Origin: an uncultured Gammaproteobacteria bacterium
GTDB taxonomy: Bacteria > Patescibacteriota > Microgenomatia > Daviesbacterales > UBA10151
NCBI GenBank assembly: GCA_964504985.1
Contig: CAZDFU010000001.1
Location: 21,752 to 85,751 of the forward strand
Direction of reading: 5' to 3'
DNA length: 64,000 bases
Shown here: piece by piece, positions 49,278 through 59,072 of the stretch
How the letters are laid out: every line of letters starts with the position of its first letter
Numbering within the stretch: the stretch's first letter is position 1
Notes under the pieces: model-generated
What the model saw: the letters and a program-made list of their open reading frames with translations, nothing else
Database searches by the model: none
Told to the model about the DNA's origin: nothing
Program-made: the position numbers and the translations under genes

Positions 49278-50330
49278 ATGAATATACAGCAACTATTGGA
49301 ATTAACCATTCAAAGAAATGCCTCTGATTTACACCTTTCAGTTGGCTTTCCTCCTATGCTTAGAATTCATGGAGAATTAGTGACTGTGGTAGGCAGTGAG
49401 GCAGTTACTCCAGAGCAGATGGAGGGTGCTTTAAATACAGTTTTAAATAAAGTTCAAAAAGATTTATTTTTGGAGAATCTAGAATTGGATTTTTCCCTGG
49501 AATTACCAAACAAAGGCAGGTTTAGGGTTAACCTGTTCCGGCAGAAAGGCCATCCTGCTTTTTCATTCAGGTTGATTCCAGCCAAAATCCCCCTGCTTTC
49601 TAGCCTTGGTTTTCCTAAAGTTGTGGAGAAAATCCCAGAAGTAAAACAAGGTTTTGTTTTGGTGACAGGCCCGACAGGACATGGTAAATCAACCACCTTA
49701 GCCTCCTTTATAAACCAAATCAATCAAAGCCGTGCTGAACATATCTTAACTATTGAGGACCCTATTGAGTATGTTTATCCTCCAGGCAGGTCTCTTATTG
49801 ATCAAAGGGAAATGTTTTTGGATACAAAATCCTGGGATAATTCCTTAAAAGCTGCCCTTAGGGAAGACCCTAATGTAGTATTAATTGGTGAGATGAGGGA
49901 TCTTGAGACAATCTCATCTGCCATGACAATTGCTGAAACAGGACATTTAGTTTTTGCTACCTTACATACCAACTCAGCTTCACAGTCAATTGACAGGATT
50001 ATTGATGTTTTTCCAGAGATTCAGCAGCCTCAAATCAGGCTTCAGTTAGCTGCTACCTTAGAAGCAATATTATCTATCCGTTTAATACCTACTCTTCAGC
50101 CCGGCAGGATTTTGGCCACTGAGGTTTTATTTGCCACACCCCCAATCAGAAACATTATCCGCGAAGGAAAAACTTATTTAATTGATAATGTTATTGAAAC
50201 ATCTTCTGAGTCTGGAATGCAGGTTTTGGAAAAGTCACTGGCAGATTTGGTAAAAGCGGGCAAAATCTCTGAAGAAACAGCCTTAAGGTATGCCCTGCGC
50301 CCAAATTTGCTAATGAAATTACTTGGGTAA
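49278..50330 (+). CDS. pilT: Type IV pilus retraction ATPase
   Basis: ASDLH, GPTGHGKST, EDPIE, LREDP, AETGHLVFATLH, IRNIIRE. Confidence 0.96.
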   Translation: MNIQQLLELTIQRNASDLHLSVGFPPMLRIHGELVTVVGSEAVTPEQMEGALNTVLNKVQKDLFLENLELDFSLELPNKGRFRVNLFRQKGHPAFSFRLIPAKIPLLSSLGFPKVVEKIPEVKQGFVLVTGPTGHGKSTTLASFINQINQSRAEHILTIEDPIEYVYPPGRSLIDQREMFLDTKSWDNSLKAALREDPNVVLIGEMRDLETISSAMTIAETGHLVFATLHTNSASQSIDRIIDVFPEIQQPQIRLQLAATLEAILSIRLIPTLQPGRILATEVLFATPPIRNIIREGKTYLIDNVIETSSESGMQVLEKSLADLVKAGKISEETALRYALRPNLLMKLLG

Positions 50331-50470
50331 CAATTAGCAATTAGAGACTAGCAAATAGCAATTAGTTATTTACAACTATTCTCTAATCACTAAAGTATGG
50401 CTGAATTTATCTATGAGCAAGCTCTAGATAAAAGAGATTATTAATATTATGTATGGCTGAATTTATCTAT
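50331..50470. repeat. Heptamer array plus 20-bp direct duplication of the pilC start
   Basis: caattag-caattag-agactag-caaatag-caattag array; GTATGGCTGAATTTATCTAT at 50395-50414 and 50451-50470. Confidence 0.85.
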
Positions 50471-51655
50471 AAGGCAAAAGATATTTATGGAGTTTCTCAT
50501 ACCGGGGATATCAAAACCTCTGATGAACACCTAGCTGCCTCTACCCTGCGTAAAAAAGGTTTAATTGTTATTTCCCTAAAACGCAAAAACTCAACAGGTA
50601 ATAAATTTCTCGATAAATTCTTAAACAGAGTAGGTTTTTCAGAGCTGGTTGTTATCACCAGGCAATTATCTACCATGGTTTCAAGCGGATTGGTTTTATC
50701 TGATGCCATAGATATTTTGCATGAGCAGCAAAACGAAGGGCCTTTAAAAAAAGTCCTGCAGGAAGTATCAGGGGATATTAAAGGAGGTTTTACTTTAGCT
50801 CAAGCCTTAGGTAAACATCCCGGTATTTTTCCCCATTTGTATGTTAATTTAGTTAAAGCCGGTGAGGCTTCGGGTAAACTTGACCAGGTTCTTTTGCAAA
50901 TGGCAGAAGGATTGGAGAAAGATAAAGAATTTAAGGCCAGGGTTAAGGGAGCAATGATTTATCCGGTTGTAGTTTTGGGAATGATGGTAGTAGTTATCAT
51001 AATTATGATGGTGTTTGTTATACCCAAACTTACTTCACTTTATCAACAATCTACCATGGATTTGCCTTTACCCACAAAAATATTAATTGGGACTTCAAAT
51101 CTTTTTATTAACTTTTGGTGGCTGGGGATAATTTTAATTGTTGTTTCAGCCTTAGCTTTTAACAGATGGAATAAAACGCAGTCAGGAAAGATTTTTATAA
51201 GTAGGATACTTTTAAAGATGCCTATTGTTGGAAAAATTATAACTAATGTTATTTTAACTAATTTTAACAGGACTTTTGGGCTTTTGGTATCTGCCGGTAT
51301 TCCCCTTTTGGAGGCAATAGGTATTGTTTCTGATTTAACAGAGAATGCTGTTTTTAAAAAATCCTTAAAAACAGCATATGAAGGGGTGGAGAGAGGCCTT
51401 CCTTTCTCCTCACTTTTAGGTTCTGATATTTTTCCCAAGATTGTGGGACAGATGGTTAAAGTTGGTGAGGAAACAGGAAAAACAGATGAGATATTTTTTA
51501 AGTTGGCGGAGTATTTTGAGTCTGAATCCGATCATTTAATTAAAAATTTGACTGTGGCTATTGAGCCGATAGTGCTTATTATTTTAGGTATTGGTGTTGG
51601 GTTTTTAGTCATTTCCATCATTTTGCCAATATACAAGTTAACTACTTCCTTCTAA
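50453..51655 (+). CDS. pilC: Type IV pilus platform protein (PilC/GspF)
   Basis: RQLSTMVSSG, GEASGKL, AMIYP, GEETG, IEP, ILPIY. Confidence 0.95.
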   Translation: MAEFIYKAKDIYGVSHTGDIKTSDEHLAASTLRKKGLIVISLKRKNSTGNKFLDKFLNRVGFSELVVITRQLSTMVSSGLVLSDAIDILHEQQNEGPLKKVLQEVSGDIKGGFTLAQALGKHPGIFPHLYVNLVKAGEASGKLDQVLLQMAEGLEKDKEFKARVKGAMIYPVVVLGMMVVVIIIMMVFVIPKLTSLYQQSTMDLPLPTKILIGTSNLFINFWWLGIILIVVSALAFNRWNKTQSGKIFISRILLKMPIVGKIITNVILTNFNRTFGLLVSAGIPLLEAIGIVSDLTENAVFKKSLKTAYEGVERGLPFSSLLGSDIFPKIVGQMVKVGEETGKTDEIFFKLAEYFESESDHLIKNLTVAIEPIVLIILGIGVGFLVISIILPIYKLTTSF

Positions 51656-51733
51656 GGTATTGACTTATTAGATAAAGATATGAATACAATGAATTAAGAG
51701 AAAACTTTAAAATTATGAAAGGGGGTGAATAGT

Positions 51734-52327
51734 TTGAAAAAATCTGCTCAGGTCCAATTAAAACGGACTTACGGTTTCACGCTGGTGGAACTTTTGGTAG
51801 TTATCGCAATTATTGCCATTCTGGCAGCAGTTGTTGTTTTGATCATAAACCCCCTGGAATTAACAAGAAGAGGTAGGGATGCAGCCAGACTTTCTGATCT
51901 TGCAAATCTGCAAAATGCCATTAATGTAGCTGTACAAGAAGCAACAAATTCTGGGGCTGCAATTCTTTGTAATGGGGCAGCTTATCCTTGTGGCGGGAGC
52001 GGTACAGGCGCAGGAAGAAGCGGTGGAGCAGGTGCAGGAACAAGAGTGGTTGATGGAACAGGGTGGGTAAAAGTTAACCTGGGATCTTCACAAAGTGTTT
52101 CAGTGCCAACATTGCCTGTTGATCCAACCAACAATGAGACCTATCATTACACCTATTGTGCAGACAATGATGCTTGGGAAATTAACGCGGTTTTGGAATC
52201 AGAACAACAGAGGACTAAGATGGCCAATGATGGTGGAAATGAAAACGCAACTGATACAACCGGCCGTTATGAAGTAGGATCCAATTTGGGATTAATTGCT
52301 CTTTCGGGTGGGAGTTGTACTTACTAA
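51734..52327 (+). CDS. Type IV pilin, probable major pilin
   Basis: G|FTLVELLVVIAIIAILA; own TTGACT..TACAAT promoter and strong RBS AAGGGGGTGA before TTG 51734. Confidence 0.9.
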   Translation: MKKSAQVQLKRTYGFTLVELLVVIAIIAILAAVVVLIINPLELTRRGRDAARLSDLANLQNAINVAVQEATNSGAAILCNGAAYPCGGSGTGAGRSGGAGAGTRVVDGTGWVKVNLGSSQSVSVPTLPVDPTNNETYHYTYCADNDAWEINAVLESEQQRTKMANDGGNENATDTTGRYEVGSNLGLIALSGGSCTY

Positions 52328-52328
52328 T

Positions 52329-52399
52329 AGCTATCAGATATCTGTCATCAGTCGTCAGATTGTTGCAATTAAAAGTCTGAAAGCTGAAGACTGAAAGCT
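52329..52399. repeat. Inverted pair of 7-nt-period arrays (nnnTCAG / CTGAnnn)
   Basis: ctatcag-atatctg-tcatcag-tcgtcag ... ctgaaag-ctgaaga-ctgaaag, between pilin and pilD. Confidence 0.75.
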
Positions 52400-53287
52400 A
52401 TGATTGTAATAGGATTTATTTTAGGTGCGATACTTGGCAGTTTTGTTAAAGCGTTGGCAGACCGCAGTTTAGCGGATAAGTCCTTTAGGGGAAGGTCGTA
52501 TTGCCCGGAGTGTAAACATACTCTGAGGTGGTATGACCTTCTGCCTATAATTTCATATTTAATTCTTTTAGGCAAATGCAGATACTGCAGGGAGAAAATA
52601 CCTATAGAGTATTTGCTGATGGAAGTGGCGATGGGGATATTGATAGGGTTTTTGTTTTTGTTAGAAATCCCAAACCCCTTTCCCCTTAACCCTTTCCCCT
52701 TAACCCTTTTGTTAGCTGATCTTTTGTTTAAAACATTCTTTATTACAATTTTAGCTGTACTTTTTTTAACAGATATAAAAAAGATGTTTATACCGGACAG
52801 GGTTGTAATCCCTGCAATTTGGATTAGTATTATGTTTATAACTGTTATAACTATTATAAAAATTATATTTCTTTACTATTCCCTGACACTAACTCCTATA
52901 GGAAGGAACTTACTCCCCCCCCATACTGACTATTTTCAAAGGCATGCTTTGATTACTGCTGAACCGCTGATTGGATCAATCCTAATGGGGCTTTTAATCG
53001 GGGGATTTTTTATGGCTTTAATTATTATAACCCGCGGTAAAGGTATGGGAGGAGGAGATGTAAAACTTGGGGCATTAATGGGGCTTAGCTTGGGGTTTCC
53101 AAATTCTTTAGTTGCTTTAATCTCAGCTTTTTTATCCGGTGCTATTTTTTCTTTAGTGCTTATTTTGGCAGGCAAAAAACATTTTGGGCAATCTATTGCT
53201 TTTGGCCCATTTTTAGTGACGGGAAGCCTGATTGCTTTATTTTGGGGCCAGCAAATTCTTGAATGGTATTTAAATTTATCAACTTGA
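52400..53287 (+). CDS. pilD: Prepilin peptidase
   Basis: GSF, RSYCPEC, GKCRYC, TD..IPD, GMGGGDVKL, FGPFL; heptamer-derived insertion PNPFPLNPFPL. Confidence 0.95.
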   Translation: MIVIGFILGAILGSFVKALADRSLADKSFRGRSYCPECKHTLRWYDLLPIISYLILLGKCRYCREKIPIEYLLMEVAMGILIGFLFLLEIPNPFPLNPFPLTLLLADLLFKTFFITILAVLFLTDIKKMFIPDRVVIPAIWISIMFITVITIIKIIFLYYSLTLTPIGRNLLPPHTDYFQRHALITAEPLIGSILMGLLIGGFFMALIIITRGKGMGGGDVKLGALMGLSLGFPNSLVALISAFLSGAIFSLVLILAGKKHFGQSIAFGPFLVTGSLIALFWGQQILEWYLNLST

Positions 53288-53399
53288 AACAACTATGTTT
53301 CTCATTGATTAATACCCTCTGGAGTATCTGCAAAACAGTTACAGCATAGCTTTAAAAATGTATAAACGCGTTGATGCAATTTATCTCCACGCGTAGGGA

Positions 53400-54233
53400 C
53401 TATTTATCTAAAAGTCCTACGCCTTTGGCGTTTAATTTGGTTACTACTTTTTTCCCGGTTCTTCTTTCTAATGTCTTTCTTGCCAAACCGGCAATTGAGC
53501 CACCATCTTTGGCTACTTTTTTATTCTCTGCAAAGTTTTTTGGTTCGACCTTTTTTGAGATTTCTGTAGTGGAAGCTTCTGCCAACATATTGAGAACCAG
53601 TTCCAAATTGGTCATATTATCCCGTAAGTTTTCTTTCTTTAGTCCTTTTAGTTTTTTGTAGTCTTTTGTTCTCATTCCTGCCCAGGCAAAAGTGATTTCA
53701 TCAGTAAGGGTGGCAAATTGGCTGTTTTCTCTAACACCTCTTTGCTCCCATTCATCGGTTAGTTCTTTTCTAATCTCAATGCTTTTTAATCTTTGATTAA
53801 TCCAGTTTTGGGAATACCCACGCTTGAGATAAAAGTGCATTGCCCGCTGGATAGCTTTTTCTGGATCTTCTGATTCTTCAACCCGTTCGTAACCCACTCT
53901 GGCTAACCATAATTTAAATGGTTCGGCATTTGGAGACGGAATTGACTGGATAATCCGAAATACAGTCTCTGTATCAGCTACATCAGTCAATCTTAACTTA
54001 CCATCAGCTGCAAGCATTTTCAACCGGTGACATTTTGTCACCACTTCACTTCCTTCCTTTCGAAGTCTTTCTGCTAACTTATTCCAATATTTACGGGCTT
54101 TAATAAAATTAGCTTGATTCGATAATACTTGGACTACATCGACTACTGAGAAATACCATTTTTCTTTACTTTTATCCCAATGTCTGCGGATTTTTTTACC
54201 CTCAAAAACTGCGAGCTTAGTAGTTTTTACCAC
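53400..54233 (-). CDS. Bro-N domain DNA-binding protein (antirepressor-like)
   Basis: FEGKKIRRHWD...WYFSVVDVV, ADGKLRLTD, RIIQSIPSPNAEPFKLWLA, NLRDNMT. Confidence 0.88.
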   Translation of the reverse strand: MVKTTKLAVFEGKKIRRHWDKSKEKWYFSVVDVVQVLSNQANFIKARKYWNKLAERLRKEGSEVVTKCHRLKMLAADGKLRLTDVADTETVFRIIQSIPSPNAEPFKLWLARVGYERVEESEDPEKAIQRAMHFYLKRGYSQNWINQRLKSIEIRKELTDEWEQRGVRENSQFATLTDEITFAWAGMRTKDYKKLKGLKKENLRDNMTNLELVLNMLAEASTTEISKKVEPKNFAENKKVAKDGGSIAGLARKTLERRTGKKVVTKLNAKGVGLLDK

Positions 54234-54348
54234 AAAGCTATTGTAGCAGATTTTTTTGTGTAAATTTTACCTGTTATTTACTAATAATCCCCTTTTTTCA
54301 TACTTGTTTCTTGACAATTCAGAAGATTTATTACACTATGATATTAAG

Positions 54349-54888
54349 GTGAAAAAATCTGCCCTGAGTGAACGGAGTAAATCAAAGGGTTTTACTTTAG
54401 TTGAATTACTTGTTGTTATTACGATTCTTGCTATTTTGATGACAATTGGCATTGCTGTTTATTCCGGTGTACAAAAAAATGCCAGGGATGTAAGAAGAAA
54501 AACCGATCTGCGTTCTATTAAAGTGGCTTTAGAGCTATACTACCAAACTAATGGTAAATATCCAAATAGAGATTGGGTTTATTCCACCACCGCACAACCC
54601 TGGATCCCGGAACTCACCTCTGATTATATGAGTCAAGGTGTGCCAACAGATCCTTTTAACAGCGGAAATGGAGGTCCATGGACTGGAACTACTAATTACA
54701 GGTATGCTTATTGGGCATTAGCTTGTGGTGGATTCCCTGCAGGCCAGTTTTATGTGCTGGTTGCACAGCTTGAAAATAAGACTGATGGAGATAATCTTGC
54801 GCACAAAAATAATAAATGGTGCGATGGTAATGGACTTTATTCTAGTAGTGGTTGGAGTGGTTCTGCTTATGTTATCACGAGTCTTTAA
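54349..54888 (+). CDS. Type IV pilin / GspG-like pilin
   Basis: G|FTLVELLVV, ARDVRRKTDL, ALELYY, VPTDP; GTG start at 54349. Confidence 0.9.
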   Translation: MKKSALSERSKSKGFTLVELLVVITILAILMTIGIAVYSGVQKNARDVRRKTDLRSIKVALELYYQTNGKYPNRDWVYSTTAQPWIPELTSDYMSQGVPTDPFNSGNGGPWTGTTNYRYAYWALACGGFPAGQFYVLVAQLENKTDGDNLAHKNNKWCDGNGLYSSSGWSGSAYVITSL

Positions 54889-55394
54889 TGGAAAAGCTGA
54901 CAGCTTACTATAAACATTGGATTTCCTTAAAGGATAAAAAAAACGGTTTCACCTTAGTTGAGATATTGGTGGTGATTTCCATAATTGCAGTTTTGGCAGC
55001 TATCGGGCTTTCTATTTACCAGCCTGTTGTAAAACGCTCCAGGGATTCTAAAAGAATATCTGATTTAAAATTAATCCAATCCTCTTTAGAGGATTATCAT
55101 GCAGACCAGCTGTATTATCCAGCAATTGGCACAGGTTTTTGTCCTGCTGAATCTGATGGCAGATTCAGGGTTGGTTGTCCATTAACCAGCCCTGATAGGA
55201 CAAAAAAATATCTAAACCTTGTGCCTAAAGATCCTCTGGGGACAACAGAATATTTTTATATGCCAAGCGGTTGTTCTTCAAACGAATGCAGGAGTTATTG
55301 TTTGTTTGCCAATATGGAAGGTACTGCTCCTGTTTCTGAGCCTGGATGCAGATTCCCCAGTGATTTATATGATTTTGGCGTGAGCAGGCCGTAA
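54888..55394 (+). CDS. Type IV pilin / GspG-like pilin
   Basis: G|FTLVEILVV, SRDSKRISDL, VPKDP; ATG overlaps the previous TAA. Confidence 0.9.
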   Translation: MEKLTAYYKHWISLKDKKNGFTLVEILVVISIIAVLAAIGLSIYQPVVKRSRDSKRISDLKLIQSSLEDYHADQLYYPAIGTGFCPAESDGRFRVGCPLTSPDRTKKYLNLVPKDPLGTTEYFYMPSGCSSNECRSYCLFANMEGTAPVSEPGCRFPSDLYDFGVSRP

Positions 55395-55454
55395 AGCTAA
55401 CGGGACAAGAAAGCCCACCTGGAAGGTGTAGTGCTGATATGTTACTGTTATAGT

Positions 55455-55967
55455 ATGCCTGTTTCCAGAACTGGATATACTCTTATTGAGCTTTTAGTAG
55501 TAATATCCATACTTTCAGTAATGGCTGTGGTGGGGTTTATTAATTTTAACTTTTTTGCCAGTACTCAGATAATATCTAAGGCTGCAGGACAAATTCAAAC
55601 GCTTTTGAGGCTGGCTCAAAGTAATGCCACCTCATCCACGCTTTGTAATAACCAGGGGGCAACATCCTGGTCATTAAGGTTTGTAAATACTTCAACAATT
55701 GAACTCCGCTGCAATGGCGCTTCTGATACTTTGCAAAAAACCTATAATTTGGAAAATGCCAGAGTACAGATTCAGTGTTCAGGCATTGAATATGCTGTTT
55801 TAAGACTTCCTGCTGCTTTTACTTATTCAAGCGGGGCGGGTACGCTTACTACTGCTTGCCCCTCATCTTCCCAAACAATTATTTTTACTATTACCAATAG
55901 TTTAAATCCTAATACTGCCCCAAAAACTTTTAAGTTATCCAGAGGAGGAGCTATAGATGTACAGTGA
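55455..55967 (+). CDS. Minor pilin (FimU/GspH-like)
   Basis: G|YTLIELLVV, LRLAQSNA. Confidence 0.85.
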   Translation: MPVSRTGYTLIELLVVISILSVMAVVGFINFNFFASTQIISKAAGQIQTLLRLAQSNATSSTLCNNQGATSWSLRFVNTSTIELRCNGASDTLQKTYNLENARVQIQCSGIEYAVLRLPAAFTYSSGAGTLTTACPSSSQTIIFTITNSLNPNTAPKTFKLSRGGAIDVQ

Positions 55968-56463
55968 AAAAGGACAAACTTTGATGGAGCTTGTGGTAGT
56001 AGTTGGGGTTTCTGCAATTGTGGTTGGGGCATTGGTTTTTGCTACCATAGCCTCTCTTAGGAATGCCCAATTTTCCAAAAACCAAGCTCAGGCTACTAAG
56101 TTAGCCCAGGAAGGAATTGAGAGGGTTAGGGCAGGCAGGGATAGGAATAAAGCTATTTCCAATTTCACGACAGGGTCTGGGAATGCAGTAGCTAATTGGC
56201 AGGATGATGATTTGTGGGTTAACCTAGATAAAAACTACTATTTTAATGTTGCAGCAGATGGGGTTTTGACTTATTTGGTTCCTCAGCCTGCCCAGACAGG
56301 AATTGCTGCTTCAGGTGAGTCCATAGGGTCTTTTTACCGGATAGTGATTTTATCTGATGATGCAGCTTTTTCAGTCCAAAAAACTGTGACAGTGCAAGTT
56401 TCCTGGACTGATTTTTCTGGACCGCATCAATCAAAATTAACAACAATATTAAGAAAACTATGA
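55957..56463 (+). CDS. Minor pilin (PilV-like), set 1
   Basis: G|QTLMELVV, ATKLAQEGIE, VTVQVSW. Confidence 0.82.
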   Translation: MYSEKGQTLMELVVVVGVSAIVVGALVFATIASLRNAQFSKNQAQATKLAQEGIERVRAGRDRNKAISNFTTGSGNAVANWQDDDLWVNLDKNYYFNVAADGVLTYLVPQPAQTGIAASGESIGSFYRIVILSDDAAFSVQKTVTVQVSWTDFSGPHQSKLTTILRKL

Positions 56464-57119
56464 ACCGGACTAATAACTCTGAACTAATAACTAAGAACTT
56501 ATTAGGTTTTACTTTGGTGGAGATTCTGGTAGTAATGGCAGTACTTTCTATCTTTGGGACGCTTGTGGTAACTATTTTTAGCCGTACTTTAACAGGCAGT
56601 AATAAATCGCAGCTGATTGGTGTGATAAAGCAAAACGGACAGGCTGTTTTGGATAAAATAGATAAAACTGCCAGGAATGCTGATTATGTTTGTGTAAGCA
56701 CTGATAATAAAACCCTGGTAACAGTTAAAGATGGTATTAATACCCGCTACAGGTTTATCCCTTCTGCCCCGCTTTCTAATCCTACTTCTTCTGGTTTGAT
56801 TCAACAGGACAATCCTACAAGCAATCAAGGAGAGACTACCCCGGATTTTATGGATAGAGTATGCGGGAATACGAGTGATATGATAAACCCTGTTGTATTA
56901 ACTGATACCAACGCTCAAACAGGGGTTTCTGTTGATTGTGTTGCTGTAAATGGCGCCCCCGATTGCGGAGCTAACCCTGTATTTTATAGAGAAAGTTCAG
57001 AAGGGTTTATGGATCAGGTGACTATTAAGTTTGATCTGCGCCCGGGGGTGCGTATACCTGATGCAGTATCAAGCCAGGTTGGTTCAATAACATTTCAGAC
57101 AACAATACAACTAAGATGA
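56460..57119 (+). CDS. Minor pilin (PilW-like), set 1
   Basis: G|FTLVEILVV, ARNA, FQTTIQLR; leader encoded by an AACTnnn array. Confidence 0.82.
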   Translation: MNRTNNSELITKNLLGFTLVEILVVMAVLSIFGTLVVTIFSRTLTGSNKSQLIGVIKQNGQAVLDKIDKTARNADYVCVSTDNKTLVTVKDGINTRYRFIPSAPLSNPTSSGLIQQDNPTSNQGETTPDFMDRVCGNTSDMINPVVLTDTNAQTGVSVDCVAVNGAPDCGANPVFYRESSEGFMDQVTIKFDLRPGVRIPDAVSSQVGSITFQTTIQLR

Positions 57120-58027
57120 ACGAAAAAGGCCAGGTAGTACTGCTTTTAATTCTGGTGATGACTGTGGCTTTGGCTATTGGATTATCAATTGTCCAAAAAA
57201 GCCTGGTGGATGTTTCTACATCCTCTAAGGTGGAACAATCCTCCAGGGCTTTTTCAGCAGCTGAGGCAGGCATTGAGAAAGCCCTGCAAGGAAGCAGTGA
57301 GCCTGTTAACTTTTCTGACAGCGGTTCAAGTATTAAAGAGATTACAGGTACAGAAGAATTGCCTTGTGTGCCAGGACAGGCTGGATGTATCCAAACAGCG
57401 GGACGGCAAGTTGCGCTGGAATATCCTCCTTTGGCTAAAGAGGATGCGGTTCAGGTATGGCTGGCAAGCCCTAAGGCCAGTTTACCTAATTGTGCTGGTT
57501 TTATTTGTTACACTCAACCCACTCTTGATATCTATTGGGGGAATTCTCAGCAAGACAAAGCAGCTTTGGAATTAACTCTTGTTTACTTTGGAAAGGACCC
57601 TCAGGATCCGGTCCCTGCTGAAAGAAACAGGGATAAATATAGAAGTTATAAGTGGTACCTAGATAACCTTTCTGTTAGCCGGAATAATGGGTTTGAGAAG
57701 GTAAATTGTCAGGACAGGCAGATTGGGACAACTATCTATACCTGCAATAAAAGGCTGGATTTTGCACCGGTTTATCAAAAAGACGCTGCCAATAAGTTAA
57801 TGCTTATTAGGGCCAGGTTACTTTATAATAACACCTCTCAACCTTTTGCTGCGCAGGCAACAGGGACTTGCGGGGCAGCTTGTTCACTCCCCCCTCAGGC
57901 CAGATCAATTACTTCCACCGGCGTTTCAGGGGAGACTCAGCGGAAAGTCAGGCTATTTCAGCAATATAATGTAGTTCCTCCTTATTTTGATTATGCTATC
58001 TTTTCTGCAGCAGCTATAACGAAATAG
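57116..58027 (+). CDS. PilX-like minor pilin, set 1
   Basis: G|QVVLLLI lacking Glu5, RAFSAAEAGIE. Confidence 0.82.
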   Translation: MNEKGQVVLLLILVMTVALAIGLSIVQKSLVDVSTSSKVEQSSRAFSAAEAGIEKALQGSSEPVNFSDSGSSIKEITGTEELPCVPGQAGCIQTAGRQVALEYPPLAKEDAVQVWLASPKASLPNCAGFICYTQPTLDIYWGNSQQDKAALELTLVYFGKDPQDPVPAERNRDKYRSYKWYLDNLSVSRNNGFEKVNCQDRQIGTTIYTCNKRLDFAPVYQKDAANKLMLIRARLLYNNTSQPFAAQATGTCGAACSLPPQARSITSTGVSGETQRKVRLFQQYNVVPPYFDYAIFSAAAITK

Positions 58028-58029
58028 TT

Positions 58030-58446
58030 ATGAAGGATAACCAAAAAGGCGTGTCTTTAATTGAATCTTTAATGGTGGTGGTGTTGGTGGGTGTGATGGT
58101 GTTTTTAATGGCAAATTTACCAAATGCCATGAATTTAATAACTAAAAGTAAAAATATGAGTTTAGCCAGGGAAATTGCTGCCAAAGAAATAGAAGATAAA
58201 AGAAATACCGCATATGCTAATTTAGCAGCAGATGATTCACTTATTGAAGACCCAAGGATTAGTTTGCTTCCTCAGGGTTCGGGAAAAGTTAAAGTGGAGT
58301 TTTGTGACCCTATAACTTTCCCCCAATTTTGTCCAAATGATGAGCAAATAAAGATTGTGACGGTTTTTATTTCCTGGAGAGAAAATAATAAAGATCAGAA
58401 AGTTGATATAAAAACCTTTATCGGGGAAGGAGGGCTCAATCAATGA
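58030..58446 (+). CDS. Minor pilin (PilV-like), set 2
   Basis: G|VSLIESL, AREIAAKEIE, VTVFISW. Confidence 0.8.
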   Translation: MKDNQKGVSLIESLMVVVLVGVMVFLMANLPNAMNLITKSKNMSLAREIAAKEIEDKRNTAYANLAADDSLIEDPRISLLPQGSGKVKVEFCDPITFPQFCPNDEQIKIVTVFISWRENNKDQKVDIKTFIGEGGLNQ

Positions 58447-59000
58447 AATGGAAATCTAAAAGGGGTTTAACGCTTGTGGAAGTCTTAATTGCTATGGGGA
58501 TAGCGGTTGTGGTGGCAGGGCTGCTTTTGGTAATCATGCTTAATAGCGCAGGGCTTTATTATAAACAGTCTTCAAAGCTTCAGGGAGGGTTAAATAGCAA
58601 CGATGCGCTTTTTAAGATCAGACAGTCTGTTAAGGAAGCAGGCAGTATCAGCCCGTTATCTTCTTCAGAGCAGCTTATTTTAAAGATTTCCTCAATTGAT
58701 TCATCAGGCGGTATTATTGCCAATGCTTATGATGATTTTATTTTTTTGAAAGATCAGAAAAACCTGCGTTTTAGGATTATTCCGGCAGCAGGAGTAAGTT
58801 CCAGGTTTTCCCAGGATCAAATTTTTTCAACAAATGTGGAAAGTGTAACTTTTCAATATTTTAACTTGGCAAATCCCCCTTTGGAGGTAAGTCCTGAGCT
58901 TGCCAGCAAAGTCAGGGTTAGTTTAACTTTAAAGCAAAAATCAGGTGCAGATTATGAGGCAATTATTGCAACATCTGAGGCAAGTTTAAGAAATGACTGA
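58443..59000 (+). CDS. Minor pilin (PilW-like), set 2
   Basis: G|LTLVEVLIA, VKEA, VTFQYF, ASLRN. Confidence 0.8.
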   Translation: MKWKSKRGLTLVEVLIAMGIAVVVAGLLLVIMLNSAGLYYKQSSKLQGGLNSNDALFKIRQSVKEAGSISPLSSSEQLILKISSIDSSGGIIANAYDDFIFLKDQKNLRFRIIPAAGVSSRFSQDQIFSTNVESVTFQYFNLANPPLEVSPELASKVRVSLTLKQKSGADYEAIIATSEASLRND

Positions 59001-59072
59001 ATTAGTTATTAGTTATTAGTTCAGAGTTATGAGTTATGAGTAAATACAAAAACAAAAAAACTAATAACCAGA
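59001..59072. repeat. 7-nt-period array (AGTTnnn x5) with a short inverted partner
   Basis: agttatt-agttatt-agttcag-agttatg-agttatg; reverse complement of the arrays at 11674-11722 and 56456-56499. Confidence 0.8.
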
